Positions 50,884 through 64,000 of a stretch of 64,000 nucleotides of DNA are shown here, one piece after another. The position numbers were made by a program, and so were the translations under genes. The notes below the pieces were generated by a model that saw only the letters and a list, made by a program, of their open reading frames with translations, ran no database searches and had not been told where the DNA came from. Position 1 is the stretch's first letter. Each line of letters starts with the position of its first letter. This stretch comes from Podarcis pityusensis (Eukaryota): NCBI GenBank assembly GCA_964106645.2, contig OZ067046.1. One strand, 5' to 3'.

Positions 50884-52371
50884 CTGTTTGTGAAACATAA
50901 TAGTTTTTTACATTGTTTCTTTCTATGGGTACTGTTTCTGTTGTAGCTACTTACCTTATACATACGTTGAAATCTTGACTTGCCTGCGGTTTCTTTGTGC
51001 TGGTTCTATTTTCTGTTTTTCTCCCCCTGCTCCCAGCTTACCTTGTAATTAGCTCAGTGTCATTTCTGAGCTCAGGGTACTTTCCTCTTTGCATTTTATG
51101 CAAAGTAAGTGCCACTGTGTTCAGTGGGATCTACTTCTGGATAAGTAAGTGTACTTATGAGGGCAGCCTGAGAGAGCTTTGGAAGTTTAAGCCTAGGAGA
51201 ACTCAGTCGCCAACACTCTTTTCCTAAGCAATTTTTTTATTATGAAGAGCAGGCAACAAGTAGCTGGCAGCAGCAGAGGTCTTATACACTTCTTTCTTAA
51301 GGCTTGCGTGTTCATAAGTATGCTCAGAAGTGTCCTTTACAAGCCCTCCAGATCACAGTGGCAGCTTTTAATTGTCTTTTGGCCAAGGAGACCTTGGACA
51401 CTAGAATCTCCATGCATCTGACTGCTGATGGATGCTTCCTGAGCATGCTCAGTCTCATCCAAAATTTGAGAATCTTTGGGTCTGTATGTAACCGGCCCAG
51501 GTAAAATTTCAAAACTTGATTTCTGACCCATCTACACTCCTTCTGAAATGATTGCCCCCCTAGTCTTAGTTTTTTGAGCAGTCTTTCAAAAAATAATAAT
51601 AATCACATAGGAGTACCATTTATTTTATGAATTGTTACACTTCTTTCATGAAAAATGCAGTGAAATAAGATAGAAAACCAGTAATTTAAATTATTTATCA
51701 TTTCTTAGCTAGAGAAGAATTGCTGTTTGCACCCCGTGGTTGTTGGGTTTTTGAGTTTGTTTTTGCTGTGACATCTTTATTTTATACTCTGGTTTCTCTT
51801 TAGATTGTATAAATCTTTTGCCTCTTTTGACATTTTCTCTCTCTTTCACAATTGTCTAGCTCCTCAGTTGTTGATTTTAGTTATCAAACAAATGTTTAGG
51901 TATATAAAGCCCTTTATTCCTAAGATAAAGAGTCTGTTTAAAATCCCTCCATGGGAAGAGTGGCTGTCATGTGTTTACAAAGGAAGCCTTGATTTTATCA
52001 ACTACAGGAGGAGCAGATGCACCATGTGACTATGCCTATAAGAAGCCTCAGGGCACACAAAGGCATTAGATTTAAACTGCGGGGAAATATTAGGCCATTT
52101 GAGGAACAGTATCAGCTACTGCAATGGTTCTGATATCCTAAAGGCTGGGGTTGTATGACTACTTTTAACAACCACCATGTTATTGCCCCCCGCCTAAGAC
52201 CTTTAAACATCATCTAATCTTTCCCTTTTATTGTGTCCCTTTCCACTTCCCATTTTTTCCTAACATGCATTAGATTATGAATCTCTTGTACAGCACTCAT
52301 AAATTGAGACTTGTGAAATAATTGTGTGGTTTTTATATCACGCTCCTACCTTTTTTATTACTCCTATCCAT

Positions 52372-52606
52372 CCCAAACTTTGGTTGTCAAATGTAATCTG
52401 TTCCGGAAGGCCGATCGGCTTCCGAAATGTTCGAAAACAGAGGCATTACTTCTGTTTGGCTGCAGGAGTTTCCTGTGCTCAAGCGGAAGCCGTGTCGGAC
52501 ATTCGGCTTCTGAAAAACATTTGAAAACCGGAACACTTCCGTGTTTTCGGCATTCAGGAGCCAAAACGTTCCAAAATAGAGCTGTTTAGGAACCAAGGTT
52601 TGACTG
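52372..52606 (+). mobile_element. Tc1/mariner-type MITE related to family C, left end damaged
   Basis: Right TIR AACCAAGGTTTGACTG+TA; left remnant CAAACTTTGGTT. The interior (ttccggaag, aaaaccggaaca) resembles 6270-6521. Confidence 0.75.
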
Positions 52607-52994
52607 TACACCATTCTTTGATATCAAACGTTACTTTTTAAACTGCAGTATGAAAAACTGCTCAAAAACAATGCACTCTCATTTTTAAATTGGCCTCCAC
52701 TGAAGCAAAAGAAAACACAGTGTTGCCATGATGAACATTTCCAAAGAAATGCTGTGAAAGAGGATGCTAGCCAATTAACAGATTTTTTGGGGGGGCGGGG
52801 AGAGACAATGGGAAAGTGGCCATTCTACTATGTAATGATCACCACTCTGTCTTGCCTTTTTATGTATGTATCCAGTTTGTACTGTCTGTATTCAAGCTAC
52901 CTTAATTTCCTTAATTTATAAAATAATTAAGATTAACAATATAATATTATTGGATTTGAAACTGATTTTATTTATCTAATTGCCATTTGTTTAA

Positions 52995-53230
52995 CGAAAT
53001 TTCTATACCATTTGATTCTAAGCAGTTTACAAGAAATATTAAAATTATTGATTAAAACAGCTAAAAACAATTCAAAACATTTAAAAAGAATTAAAATAAA
53101 CAGTAAAAGATTAAAACATTCCAACTTCTATATGTCTGGATAGACTTGCCTAAACAAATATGCTTTAAGCAGGCACTGTAGAAAGAGTACAAGAGAGGTG
53201 TCTGCTTGATGTCAGCCAGGAACAAGGTTG
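52995..53230 (-). mobile_element. L2-clade LINE 3' remnant
   Basis: tttctatacc…aagcagtttacaa, then an A-rich tract and decayed ORF2-like sequence. Confidence 0.45.
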
Positions 53231-54191
53231 TCATTATGATGCCTCTGCCCTGGGCCTCTCTGCCCAACAACTTCAGAACAATCCTTGCTGTAGGGCATGC
53301 AGCAGAAAAGAAGAAAGGGTTGCCGTATCCTCCACCCACCCCCATATTCAGCTGAGAGCCCTCTCAAGCAGCTGCCTTCTTCATATACCAGCAGGCAGCA
53401 AAACAAATGCAGCAGCAATGGGAGATTCCCACATTCCCCCCCCCCCACCTCCACATTTTCAGAGTTTCTCAGGCAGCTACCTGCCGACTGTTCCTTGTGG
53501 CCAGTAGGCAGCAAAACAAGTGAAAGGTGATTCTCTCATTTCTTCCTCCACCTCAGCACACACATTTTTCTAAGTCTTAGCAAAGGGGATTGCAGGAGAC
53601 ATTCGAGAGGGGGAAGTGCTTAACCCCTTTCCACCACTGTGGAGCTGTGGAGGATGTGCAGTTAAACACTTCCTCCCAAATCAGACTACCACCCCTCAAC
53701 CCGGTAGGCTGCTTGAAACTTTAAAATCCATGGGAAATCCATGTTAGACTGCTGAAGTAGGGACAGTCTTTCCATTTTCTTGAAGTCTTCTAATTTATCC
53801 TGCTCTTTTTTCCTGTAACTGGACCATGTACCTTTGATCACTTGCTTCATATATCCAGCTACAGAGAATACTGGTACACCCTTGTCACACAGGTTAAACA
53901 AGTATTATGCAGTTACTGTTTTGCTTGCCTTTCTCGGAAAACTTTGTTTTCCAAAGCCATTGCGTTAAACTAAATTATCAATTCACGTGGTATTTATGAC
54001 CCCACTAGTATGTCTTAATAGATCATCCTTCTGTCTTGGCTTCTCTGATTTTAGCAGTCTGTTCTACTAATGCATCCACTGTGCTTATGATAATCTTTGG
54101 CTATATGAAAATACAAGACACGGTACATTCCCTGAAGTACAGCAACCAGAATGAGTTTAATCTCTGCTTCTTCTTTTCTTCTTCTTTTAAG

Positions 54192-54315
54192 TTGGCTCTG
54201 TATGTGCTTTCATTCCTGGAACCCAAGGACCTGCTGCAGGCAGCACAGACATGTCGATACTGGAGAATTCTGGCAGAAGACAATCTTCTGTGGAGAGAGA
54301 AGTGCAGAGAGGAGG
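54192..54315 (+). CDS. FBXW7: FBXW7 shared exon (124 nt; LALYVLSFLEPKDLLQAAQTCRYWRILAEDNLLWREKCREE; F-box)
   Basis: Long (CTT)-rich pyrimidine tract and AAG acceptor, donor G|GTAAAT. F-box motif present. Confidence 0.97.
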
Positions 54316-55572
54316 GTAAATGTCATTAAACTATTAATTCAATCATTAAAGTTGTGTTTTTTTAATAAGATTTTTCAACGTCCTTTATGGAAAAACAATT
54401 CAACATGTTTTGTACATTGTGCTTGGTCTGTGTGGTACGTGTATCTTCACCAGCAATAAAAATCCATATATGTGTCAGTTGCAGGCTAAATTAACTATAC
54501 TTTGCATAAATTAATTAACTGTAAAGGTTAGGAAGCAGAATTGTTTTAAATCCAATAGAAATAGTGGGTTCAAAAAACTCAGAAGGTGAAGCCTATCAAG
54601 TGCAAGCAAAACTTCTGTTTGGCAGTTTTTTGTGTTCTTAGCCAATAATCCCTTGAAGGAAAGCAAGAAGTGGTTATTTTAGTGGTTTCTTATCAATTGC
54701 ACAATCTGGTTAGGTAAGAATTTTCAAAGGTGCCTAAACAAATCAGAAAGCCAGTGTTAATTAAATTCACTGCCTTTCTACCATATACTTTTGTGAAACT
54801 ACTTCAAGGCAACTTACAAAAATAAGCTCTTGCTTGTTGTTGTTTTTCCCTGGAGAAAATATAAGTTTAAGAAAGACTCTCCAGATGTGAAACCTGGCTG
54901 TTGTGTTAAAGGCTGACCAAGTGGATGAAATTGGAGCAGCTTTCTCTGTACATAAAAAAAAGGATGTTGGTACTTATTGCTAGGATTGTGAGATCAAATG
55001 GCTAGAGAACAAACAGACTCCAAGAGGTGGGTGTTTATCCACATGTTCCAGCAACCAGAGTTTCAAGCTAGTAATGAGATGCACCAGAGGGTAAAGATAG
55101 AGAGGATAACACAGAACCTAAGACTATCTTTGTAATATGAATGAATGAAAGAGATCACAGAATCATTGAGCTGGGATATACAAAACCTTTGGCAGAAACA
55201 GTGCTTTTAAGCACTTAAGAGACTTTTGAAAAAATAATTAGTGTCGGTGGCATAAAATTCTGAATCCAGGTGCCCAAAGGAAATAATTAAATAAGTAGTA
55301 TGAGATGCTACACTAAATCTGGGTTAGTTTAGCAGACATAAGCAGCAAGAAACAGTCTGCTGATCTCAAGAAAACAAATCTTAGAACTATGGAAGACTTG
55401 AAAATGAAACCAATATATGATTGATAATCTTTGAATAAAATGGAGTTTTGAGATGTAACAGCTGATATTTAAGAAGAGATGATGGGATTGAATTGGTGAG
55501 GATATGTGGATAGATACTCCAGTATAGGCTTTTTAGATAGATACTTAAAAGGGCAATGAATATTGGTGAAAG

Positions 55573-55703
55573 CACCTTCTGCCAACCTGGTGCCCAGCAG
55601 ATATTTTGGACATCCTGTTAGCCCTGCCCATTGTCCATACTGGCTGAGGCTGATGGGAGTTACAGCTTAAAACATCTGGAGGGCACCAGGCTGGGAAAGG
55701 CTG
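55573..55703. mobile_element. Fold-back MITE (hAT-like) about 160 nt upstream of the 137-nt exon
   Basis: Left CACCTTCTGCCAACCTGGTGCCCAGCAGATATTTT pairs with right AAAACATCTGGAGGGCACCAGGCTGGGAAAGGCTG. Confidence 0.75.
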
Positions 55704-55860
55704 GATTAAAGTACAGAACAGATTTGGAGAGTGTTATCAGCTGGGATGTAATGTTAGCGTATAGCAAAGTTGCTAATATTTTCATTCACTTGGAAGGAAG
55801 GGTGTGAGAGAAAGGAAACTGACATTTGTTGCCTGTTTCTGATTTTTGGTTTTAATATAG

Positions 55861-55997
55861 GAATTGATGAACCATTACATATCAAGAGGAGAAAAGTAAT
55901 AAAACCAGGCTTTATTCATAGTCCATGGAAAAGTGCTTACATCAGACAGCACAGAATTGATACTAACTGGCGGCGAGGAGAACTTAAATCTCCTAAG
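55861..55997 (+). CDS. FBXW7: FBXW7 shared exon (137 nt; GIDEPLHIKRRKVIKPGFIHSPWKSAYIRQHRIDTNWRRGELKSPK)
   Basis: Acceptor ttttaatatAG, donor AAG|GTAACC. The peptide matches the FBXW7 linker. Confidence 0.97.
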
Positions 55998-56355
55998 GTA
56001 ACCATCTTTGAACAAAGAACAATATATAATGAATTAAGTTGGATTGGGGCTTATTCTTATTTAATAGTAGCCAAATTGTTTGACATTTTTAAAAGACACC
56101 AAAACTTTTAAAAAAGAACTTTCAATCTCTTCAAGTTTTAGCATTTGTTGCATTTCACCATTATCTTTTGTCATAGCCATAAGTGTTTTAACACATAAAA
56201 TTGAGTGTTTATTGGGGTGTTGCCTATTCTTAGAACATTAGGTGGCTATATGATCCAGATTCATTGAATGCATGTGCTTACATATCCTATATGACCCCAT
56301 CCTTTGATATATCCATCATTTGAATCGTATCTCTGCTATTTTATGCAGTCACCAA

Positions 56356-56422
56356 GAATCATAGCGTTATAGAATTGGAAGGGACTCTGAGCATCATCTA
56401 GTCCAACCTCCAGCAATGCAGA
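56356..56422 (-). mobile_element. CR1-tail fragment
   Basis: gaatcatag…ttggaagggactctgagcatcatctagtccaacctccagcaatgcag is the reverse complement of the tail at 44602-44680. Confidence 0.8.
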
Positions 56423-57319
56423 ACCCAATGAACTCAGTAAATAGTCTGAAAGGCAGGGGAAACTTGCACAGAAATCACTGTGTTGGAGTAGTGTGCAGGT
56501 TTATATTATAATCCAGTGGTCTCCTCAAGCCTTTAGGAGCCCCATAGAAAGTGCAGCACTCTGCACACTGTGACACATTGCACCCCACTTGGGGATCCTG
56601 CAAATACATAAGACTCTCACTATCCTGTCCATGCATCACAATGACACGTATTTCATTATTTGCATTATAAAATGAAGTGATTTCCAACATACACAATGTA
56701 ATACCTGATTTGATGAAAGGTTTTGTGTCTTCTTTCATATTGTACAAAGAGTTCAACTCCTTCCTCCAATCAAACTAAGTGCCAAGGCACTAACACGACT
56801 TACTACAATTTAGTTTGTGCTAACAAACCTAGGTGGGGCTATATATTAATACTTATCCAATAGTATTATGGTTAGTCATGGTTTTGTGAAACTTTTTTTA
56901 ATGCCTTAGAGATTAAGCACTAAGTAATTCTAACCACCATGAGAATATTTAACTAAGGCAGATTAAAAATGCAGCATCTATCATTGTTTGGAAACCGCAG
57001 GAGATTGCTGCAAGCATGTTCTAGGAAGAAGAAAGAACTACAGCTGGTGCCTTACTGCTTCCCAGAAATGATATGGACTGTCCAGAACATATCATTCACC
57101 AGCCTATGAATCAAATACTATCAAGCCTTTTGATATGTAAATAGTTGCTACAGGGATTGTGCTTTTGGCCTTTCCAGTAGTAGGAGATGATGTTAAGGTG
57201 GATGTTAAGGTGTTAAGAGTCGGTAGCTACTTGTCCATGCAAAAAATTATAAGAATCCAACCTTTATTTTCTATACATGAGTAGTAGTGAAGTATATGTA
57301 AATTCTTCTATATTGCCAG

Positions 57320-57433
57320 GTGCTCAAAGGTCATGATGATCATGTGATCACTTGTCTACAGTTCTGTGGCAACCGAATAGTGAGTGGCTCTGATGATAAT
57401 ACATTAAAGGTTTGGTCGGCAGTTACAGGAAAG
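57320..57433 (+). CDS. FBXW7: FBXW7 shared exon (114 nt; VLKGHDDHVITCLQFCGNRIVSGSDDNTLKVWSAVTGK; WD40-1)
   Basis: Acceptor tattgccAG, donor AAG|GTAAGC. WD40 pattern GH...SGSDD.TLKVW. Confidence 0.97.
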
Positions 57434-59003
57434 GTAAGCCAAATTGTTAATTGTGTTCTAATCAAATTCATCCTAAATATGTTGACAGAATTTTTCCTGA
57501 TCAGACCTACATTAGCTGCATGCTACTTCCTCTCCCATTCTGAAACTGAATTATGGTTTGTTTTAAACTAGAGATCCCAGTTAATGTCTGAGCTGGGCCA
57601 CTGAGTGTTAATTCAAACTGGCTAGTAATTCTTTTGGGTGGTTGAGAAATGCTACAGAATTTACTGTCTCAGCACTGCGTGAACTCTACTGCACATGTTT
57701 GCAGAACAGCAACATAGATTCTCTTCCTTTGGCTCCCAGTTTACTGAATCCAACTCATAATTATTATATGTCAGGATATTTTTGTAGTATTCTTACATTT
57801 ATTTACCTTTTAAACTATGATAGTTTCAAATGCACTTTGTCCTATTGAAAATGTTATTTGATTTTTTCATAAAAACTTGTATTTTTATAAGTTACTTTGT
57901 GTGCTCTACCAGAGTCACAACTCATACACCATTAGAAATAAATGGTAGTTCTTTGACAGTAATTTTGCTATGGAATTATTTGCCACATGTTTTCCAGTAA
58001 ATATCAATATATGTGTATCATTTCTGTGTCTGATGTATATTTTACCAACATGTATCATGTTTTTAAATGTTTCTCTGTCTGTCTTGTATTCTTTTATATG
58101 AATCCAATGTTATCAATGGTAATTTGTTAGCAATCCTTTATCTAAGCTGGTTTTCTCATATTCCAAATGGCATATAGAGCAACTTCAGTAACAAATGTAA
58201 GACTTTTGTTAAACACTGGCATTGAATTAGACTTAAAATAAAGCTTGAAAGTCATTCAGTAGAATTCACTGAGAACAGATGTCACAAATAATGGCTGTCC
58301 TTGATAGTGGTTTCCAGAACCCCACTTTCCCCTTCACTACGATCCAGTTAATGTCTACAGTGTCCAATGGGACGAACTCCCATTGGAGTCAAAGCACAGT
58401 GCTGCTGTGTAGGCTTCAACAGCAGATGCTACCTATTACTGGTATACTTACTGGAAGTTAATACATCTAGGATTAGGATTAGGCTGCTGGTCTCTGATCT
58501 TTATCTGTACTTCTGCTTGAAGTCAGGGGCAGTGCCCATCTTCCCTCCCCACAGTCCATGCTTGGAGCTGCACTACAGAGGACTTTAGAAGCTCAGTACA
58601 GTTGCCATGGTTATCCCTCTACAACTTCAAAGTTGTGGCTTACAATCCAGTTGAAGTTGGGAAGGAGGGTTGGGGACTGACTGTGCTTTTTCCTGCTTTT
58701 TCCATTCACTAAAATCCTGACATGAAAGGTATTGCCTCATGTAAAATTTACAAATCCACATAGGACTTACATTTTTCAGTGTGGGGATGGGGGAAAGTGA
58801 GACACTCCCCCCTCCCATTTATAAATGCAATGCTGCTGCATTTGAATTATGATATAATCACTTGCCTGCCAGTATAGTAGCTTTGTAACAAATTATAGCA
58901 CATCATTGTGTGAAATATGTATGAAGAGTTGGGTAAATTCATCTATCTTTTGTCATCTGTCCTCTTCATCTAAATGGTAACCATGACAAATGCTTGCTTT
59001 CAG

Positions 59004-59185
59004 TGTCTAAGAACACTTGTTGGACATACAGGTGGAGTTTGGTCATCACAAATGAGGGACAATATAATCATCAGTGGATCTACAGACCGAACCCTTAAAG
59101 TGTGGAATGCAGAGACCGGAGAGTGTATACATACATTATATGGGCATACCTCAACTGTGCGTTGCATGCACCTGCATGAAAAAAG
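59004..59185 (+). CDS. FBXW7: FBXW7 shared exon (182 nt; [16 protein letters not shown]...[14 protein letters not shown]; WD40-2/3, R465-equivalent)
   Basis: Acceptor gctttcAG, donor AG|GTAACT. WD40 repeats. Confidence 0.97.
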
Positions 59186-60369
59186 GTAACTGTTTATCAA
59201 CAATTGTAATTTGATTACTTCTTCAGCTTTCCTGTACTTTACATTAAATCAAGCTTAATTAAGTTTCAGTTGGAACAGACAACTACATCAATGAAACTTA
59301 TATAAGCTTCAAAAATTTAATTGCAAAAAATTAATATTTTAATATAAATCTATTAATACAATCTGAAATAAATAATGAATGAATAATCCTTACATTTGTA
59401 ATGAGTTTTTATGCACAATTGTAGAAAAAAACACCCAATCACATAGAAAACTTTGCAAAGGAGAAAAGGGGGAGAAGACCTGAAAAGTGCAGGAATAGAA
59501 CCACAAGGTGGATATTTAATCATGTAATCAGATAATTGTTTTCTACTAATAGCCTCTTTTCTTTTATAGCCATCCTACTTGTTAGTGTGGTAAAATCACC
59601 TCACTTTAGCTGACAAAAGGAAAGGCTCTTTCTTTCTCTGCTTGTCTAAACATTACTTTAAGTTTTCGCTCAGTTTGATAATTGCCTTTTTAACACTGAA
59701 TTTCTTGCATCAAAAGTAGACAGAGTTGTAGCTTCTAAGTCCAGGTCTTAAAACAGAAATAGAGCAAAACTTTTAAGCGGAAAAGGGGAGAACTAAAGAT
59801 AACTTCCAGATGCAATTTTGCTTTAAAAAGAATATTAAAATATCAATTGCAAACCTATTATTAAAAGACACCTGACACATGCTTATAGTTTTGAACTGGG
59901 GTAGTTCATGAACCTGTAATCTTCATAGGCTGATTATTCTGTACCAGTTAAGGAGAAGTGCTAAAGGGGAAAGACATCTTTAAAGTCCGGGTCCACATTA
60001 GTAGGTTAAAACTAATGTTGCTTCAAGGACATTAGCAGGTGCACTTCATTTCTAACATTCTCAGAGGGTAAACATAGGTTCGTTGACCCAAAGCTACTAA
60101 CAGCTTGCTGCTGGTGAGGATAAGGCTGTCAAATATGTTATGAGGTGTGGCATTAGAAAACCAAGCTTGCTTATATTTTTCAGTCTTAAAATCTGGTGCC
60201 AAGGTTTCAGAAGCAACGGTTGTAGCCACTGTGTCTGTCAATAGGAATGGGTTAATTACCTGCTTTTATACATAGAACTTATTTAGGTAGCCGTCTGAAC
60301 TAAATACAATTAAAATGGCCACATAAAACTAAATGCAGCTTTTGTTTTTCTTTTTTTTTCCCCTCCTAG

Positions 60370-60595
60370 AGTTGTCAGTGGGTCTCGAGATGCTACCCTG
60401 AGAGTTTGGGACATAGAGACAGGCCAGTGTTTACATGTTCTGATGGGTCACGTAGCTGCAGTCCGGTGTGTACAATATGATGGCAGGAGGGTTGTTAGTG
60501 GAGCATATGATTTCATGGTCAAAGTATGGGATCCAGAAACTGAAACCTGTCTACACACCTTGCAAGGGCATACTAATAGAGTCTATTCATTACAG
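60370..60595 (+). CDS. FBXW7: FBXW7 shared exon (226 nt; [15 protein letters not shown]...AAVRCVQYD...[10 protein letters not shown]; WD40-3 to -5, R479/R505-equivalents)
   Basis: Strong pyrimidine tract and TAG acceptor, donor CAG|GTAAGC. WD40 repeats. Not listed in the ORF track but open by manual translation. Confidence 0.97.
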
Positions 60596-62269
60596 GTAAG
60601 CATACTGCATCTGGTGCTATAAGTGTCCTTCAGTTTTCCACTAATAGTTATGGACGCCGAATGGAATATTTGCTGAGTAGCCAGCAAATAATAAAAGTGA
60701 ACCATGTTCTATGCATCCTTGGTTTCCTTTCTCTTCCGTCCTTTGTCTCTCTAGTCCTCTTAATTACATTATAAGCTTTAAATAAAGAGAGCTTGACAAT
60801 GTGTTCCTACAATGCTGTGAGAGCAACTTTCGTACCAATCTTCGCTTGCATTGTAGGAAAGGTCAACTGTATCCACATTTATCTTACATTTCATTCATTT
60901 AAAACCTGTCTTTCTTCCCATAAGGGAGCACTTGCAATCATACAAACCAATCCAAAATTATCCATTACCAAACTCTACAACAAAACCACACTCTGGTTTT
61001 GTTTCAGTGATGGTTCCGTTTACTTTTAATTTTGGTAGTTATTGCTTTTTTTAATGTTTAATATTACTTTGGGGCAGAAAGGCAATTTATAAAATATTTT
61101 AAATAATTAAAATAGAACACAGATTCAGGATTAACTGAATAAGAAGTTTTAATATACTTCCTTATGGGAAAAAAAATTATACAGGCAGCAAAGGGGACAG
61201 TATTCCATAGGTAATGGAGGTTTCATTGCCAAAATGATTCTGCTCCTTGTAGAGGTCAGTCTCACTGAGCATGGCGCCACCATATTATCATAATGCATTG
61301 CGAGATATACTCTGGATGGCACCTTTGGCCCTAACCATTTAGGCATTTAACCATTTAGGTTAGTACCAGCACCTTCAATTCAGCTCAAATAAATGGCACA
61401 TTGTCCATGCAACTAATATTGGTTATTAACTAGGTTGGGGAGAAGGTTTGATTTGATCCACTGTTAGCATGGTGTTTCTAGATAGTAGAACCAGTAAACC
61501 AGAGAACATTTTTATCTGCTAATTCATCTTTAGAATATTCTGGTGCTTGACTTTGTAGAACATCCTCTAAACAGAGTGATGATAAATGTCAGTGAAGGAA
61601 GGAATAGAAATCTATTAATGACCTGTATTTAAGTCGACCAAATAGCTGTCTTTGCCATTTTAGCTTGTTATGGTGTGGTATAAAAGAGTGAATTCAGGTA
61701 TTATTAGAGCCAGGATGTGGAAAATATAAAGAGCTATTTTTGTTGGTATAGTGCAGTGTTGCACCAACCATGAAAATAAGTTTTCTCCAAATAAATTGTG
61801 CTGCTGGCATTTAAATAAACTGGAGCTCAATACTTCTAGTGAAACCTATACACAAAGCATTGAAATAGTTCATTTGGTAATTATAAAAAGTTGAGTTATA
61901 GGAATTTTATGTTAATTGTTTTCCTTGCCTCACACACATGCTTAAAATAAAATTTCTGCTAAAATGTTTAATGTATGTATAACATCATTAATTTGCATGA
62001 TATGTTCTAATTGAATCTTTTGGGTCATAGTTATTTCAACTTAAAATAGATCAAGGTGCACCATATATAAGATGGAGAAATATTGCAAAAAAGGACAAAA
62101 AAGGAAGGCTAAATTTACAGTGTTTCTCTGATTCTGATGTGTCGGGGAGAGTGAGACTTGGTGAATCACTTGTGAGGTTGCATTGTTGAGGCTTTTTAAA
62201 TGAACTGTGTCAAATTGTGCAGTTTTTCTTTTCCTTAGACATGGATGCTGCATTGGTTCAATGAACACT

Positions 62270-62462
62270 TGGTTCCTTGAGAGTCAATGCGGTTTAGTGG
62301 CTAAATTGTGCTGTGAAATTTATCCGGGAAGATCTAGGTTACAGCCCACACTTAAGCATAAAACTCACTTGTTGGTAAGGATAAAATGAAAGGGGTGGGG
62401 GTGGGAATAAGAGCACATGTGCAGTTTTACTCCTTAAAAGAAGCGTAGGATAAAAACGTAAT
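62270..62462 (+). mobile_element. Decayed Squam3-like SINE
   Basis: gcggtttagtggctaaa (A box), ctaggttacagccc (B-box remnant), ggataaaatgaa and an L2-like tail aggataaaaacgtaat. Confidence 0.45.
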
Positions 62463-64000
62463 ATATGAAAAATTAAACAAATGCGGTCCATCTGTTAATT
62501 AACTTGGTGTTACTAAAACAGAGTTAAAGTAGTATCCAGTGTTCTAAATGGACCGTATTAAATTAGGATAATTGAAAATTCAATGAAAATACTTTAAAAA
62601 AGGATTGTAAGTGGTTTTGATGATTGCTGTATATATCATTGATGGGTATACTAAAAAGAATTGCAGGCCAAAAACTTAATTATATATATAAAACTGTAAA
62701 AAAAATTAGCACAATTTAAAAGATAAATAGAATAAAGCTTAATTGATACAGATAAGTTCATTTCATCTGATAAATTGCTTGGTCATGCCTTTCATCACTC
62801 TTGAATTTCAGAGGTGGTCTTTTAGCTTGCCTACTGGTACTCTAGCATTGTATGGATTGAAAAAGCTTAAGCAGAAGAATAAACAGCTATTCTTAGATAT
62901 GCTAGAACTCCTGGACTAGACTTACATGCACATTATATATAATGAGTAAATAATCCTGTAGGCCCTCCATAAGTACAAGATGAGTTTAACTCATGTGCGG
63001 AATGAGTTTTACCCCTCTTTGCTACTGCCTTGGGGAAATAGAGTTTATTTGAACACTGTAGTCTGACTGCTTTAAGTTGCTTTGCTACATATGAAAACCT
63101 GTGCATTTACAGATGTACCACTTTAATCATGTGACGCATATAAGAACCTTCAAATTATAATTATAATCTACAACAGCCCATCCTTTCATCATTGGTAGTG
63201 TAAGAATAAATGAAAACATCATCTTGAATCTAAAGGCTGCAAAGGCCTGCCTTCTCACAGAGGAAGGAAACCTTTAGGTTCTTCTCTTGAGTTTGACGAG
63301 GATATTTCTCATTGCCAATAAATTTGCTTTTTGATATAACTTCACTTTAATTGCTTCTTTGAGAGGATTGAATGGAGAACAGAATTAAGTAACAATTTAA
63401 TCAAAGCTTTGATTACTAGATGAGAGCACCATATTTAATTGTTCCATCTGTTCGATGGTTATTAATGTAAAATATTTCCTATTAAGGTAATAAGCATGAT
63501 ATTAGAAATATTAATATTTCATCATTTTAAGATGTATTGACATTTTAACTCATCACTGTATGCTTCAATTCCTTGTGGTTCTCAGCAGTCTGTATTTTGG
63601 GGTGAATGCCAGATTTTTAGGGATTCTTTTTGGGGGAAGTGGGGGCTGTTCCTGCTGTTGCTGTATGCCTTTCAATCTTAATTTGTTATTAGGCAAGGAC
63701 AAGATATATTTGGTTGATCAAGCTGGAAATTTAAACCAATCAAAGCTTGCATCTGTATTAAAATAATGTTTTTTTTAATACACAGCATTAACAGGTAATA
63801 TTAAAATAATATACAAGGATGTAATGAAACATGCTCTGGATTAGCCCTTTTCTCTTTGAAAGTGAAGTGGGACATATTACAGATCATCTTTGTGATTTAG
63901 GGAAACCCTTGTGTATCTGTAAGTAAGGTTCCGGCTAGTTTGGCCATAGTCACTTGTTCCAGGTACATGTGGAGTAGTTCCTTGAGCAATTTGAGTCACG

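Larger units (their letters stand above)
9666..60595 (+). other. FBXW7: FBXW7 locus, partial: span from the gamma start codon to the last coding exon visible; the gene extends beyond both window edges
   Basis: Ten exons with canonical splice sites and consistent phases. The shared exons sum to 1143 nt (381 codons) without a stop, and the translation is near-identical to vertebrate FBXW7. Confidence 0.98.

Noticed and set aside
60990-61030. ttttgtttcAG-TGATGGT as the next FBXW7 exon (expected FDGIHVVSGSLD…)
   Set aside because: The translation does not match and stops quickly. The real exon must lie beyond 64000.

Overview
This is vertebrate genomic DNA, most likely from a lacertid lizard, since it carries a near full-length Podarcis/Lacerta-type Sauria SINE and squamate-type CR1, SINE and MITE repeats. 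The whole window lies inside the FBXW7 gene (F-box/WD40 substrate receptor of SCF E3 ligases) on the + strand. It contains the gamma-specific first coding exon (9666-9812), the beta-specific first coding exon (33561-33830) and eight shared coding exons of 83, 142, 135, 124, 137, 114, 182 and 226 nt (36282-60595). All have GT-AG ends and form one open frame covering the NLS, dimerisation domain, F-box and the first WD40 repeats, including the three substrate-binding arginines. The alpha-specific exon should lie upstream and the last two coding exons downstream of the window. The introns hold TA-flanked Tc1/mariner(pogo/Tigger)-type MITEs, hAT elements with 8-bp target-site duplications, a Sauria SINE, tRNA-headed SINEs with a CR1 tail, CR1/L2/L1 remnants, microsatellites and a 200-N assembly gap. 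Most ORFs in the supplied track are spurious. I found no clearly new multi-gene system. The best leads are: layered control in the beta exon (overlapping uORF, weak first ATG, stronger Met39, embedded p53-type element); uORFs and promoter motifs at the gamma exon; an antisense DEspR-like frame over the 135-nt exon; SINEs that share one tail but carry different tRNA heads; and a possible extra transmembrane-coding first exon. Comparisons to human sequences are from memory and need database confirmation.
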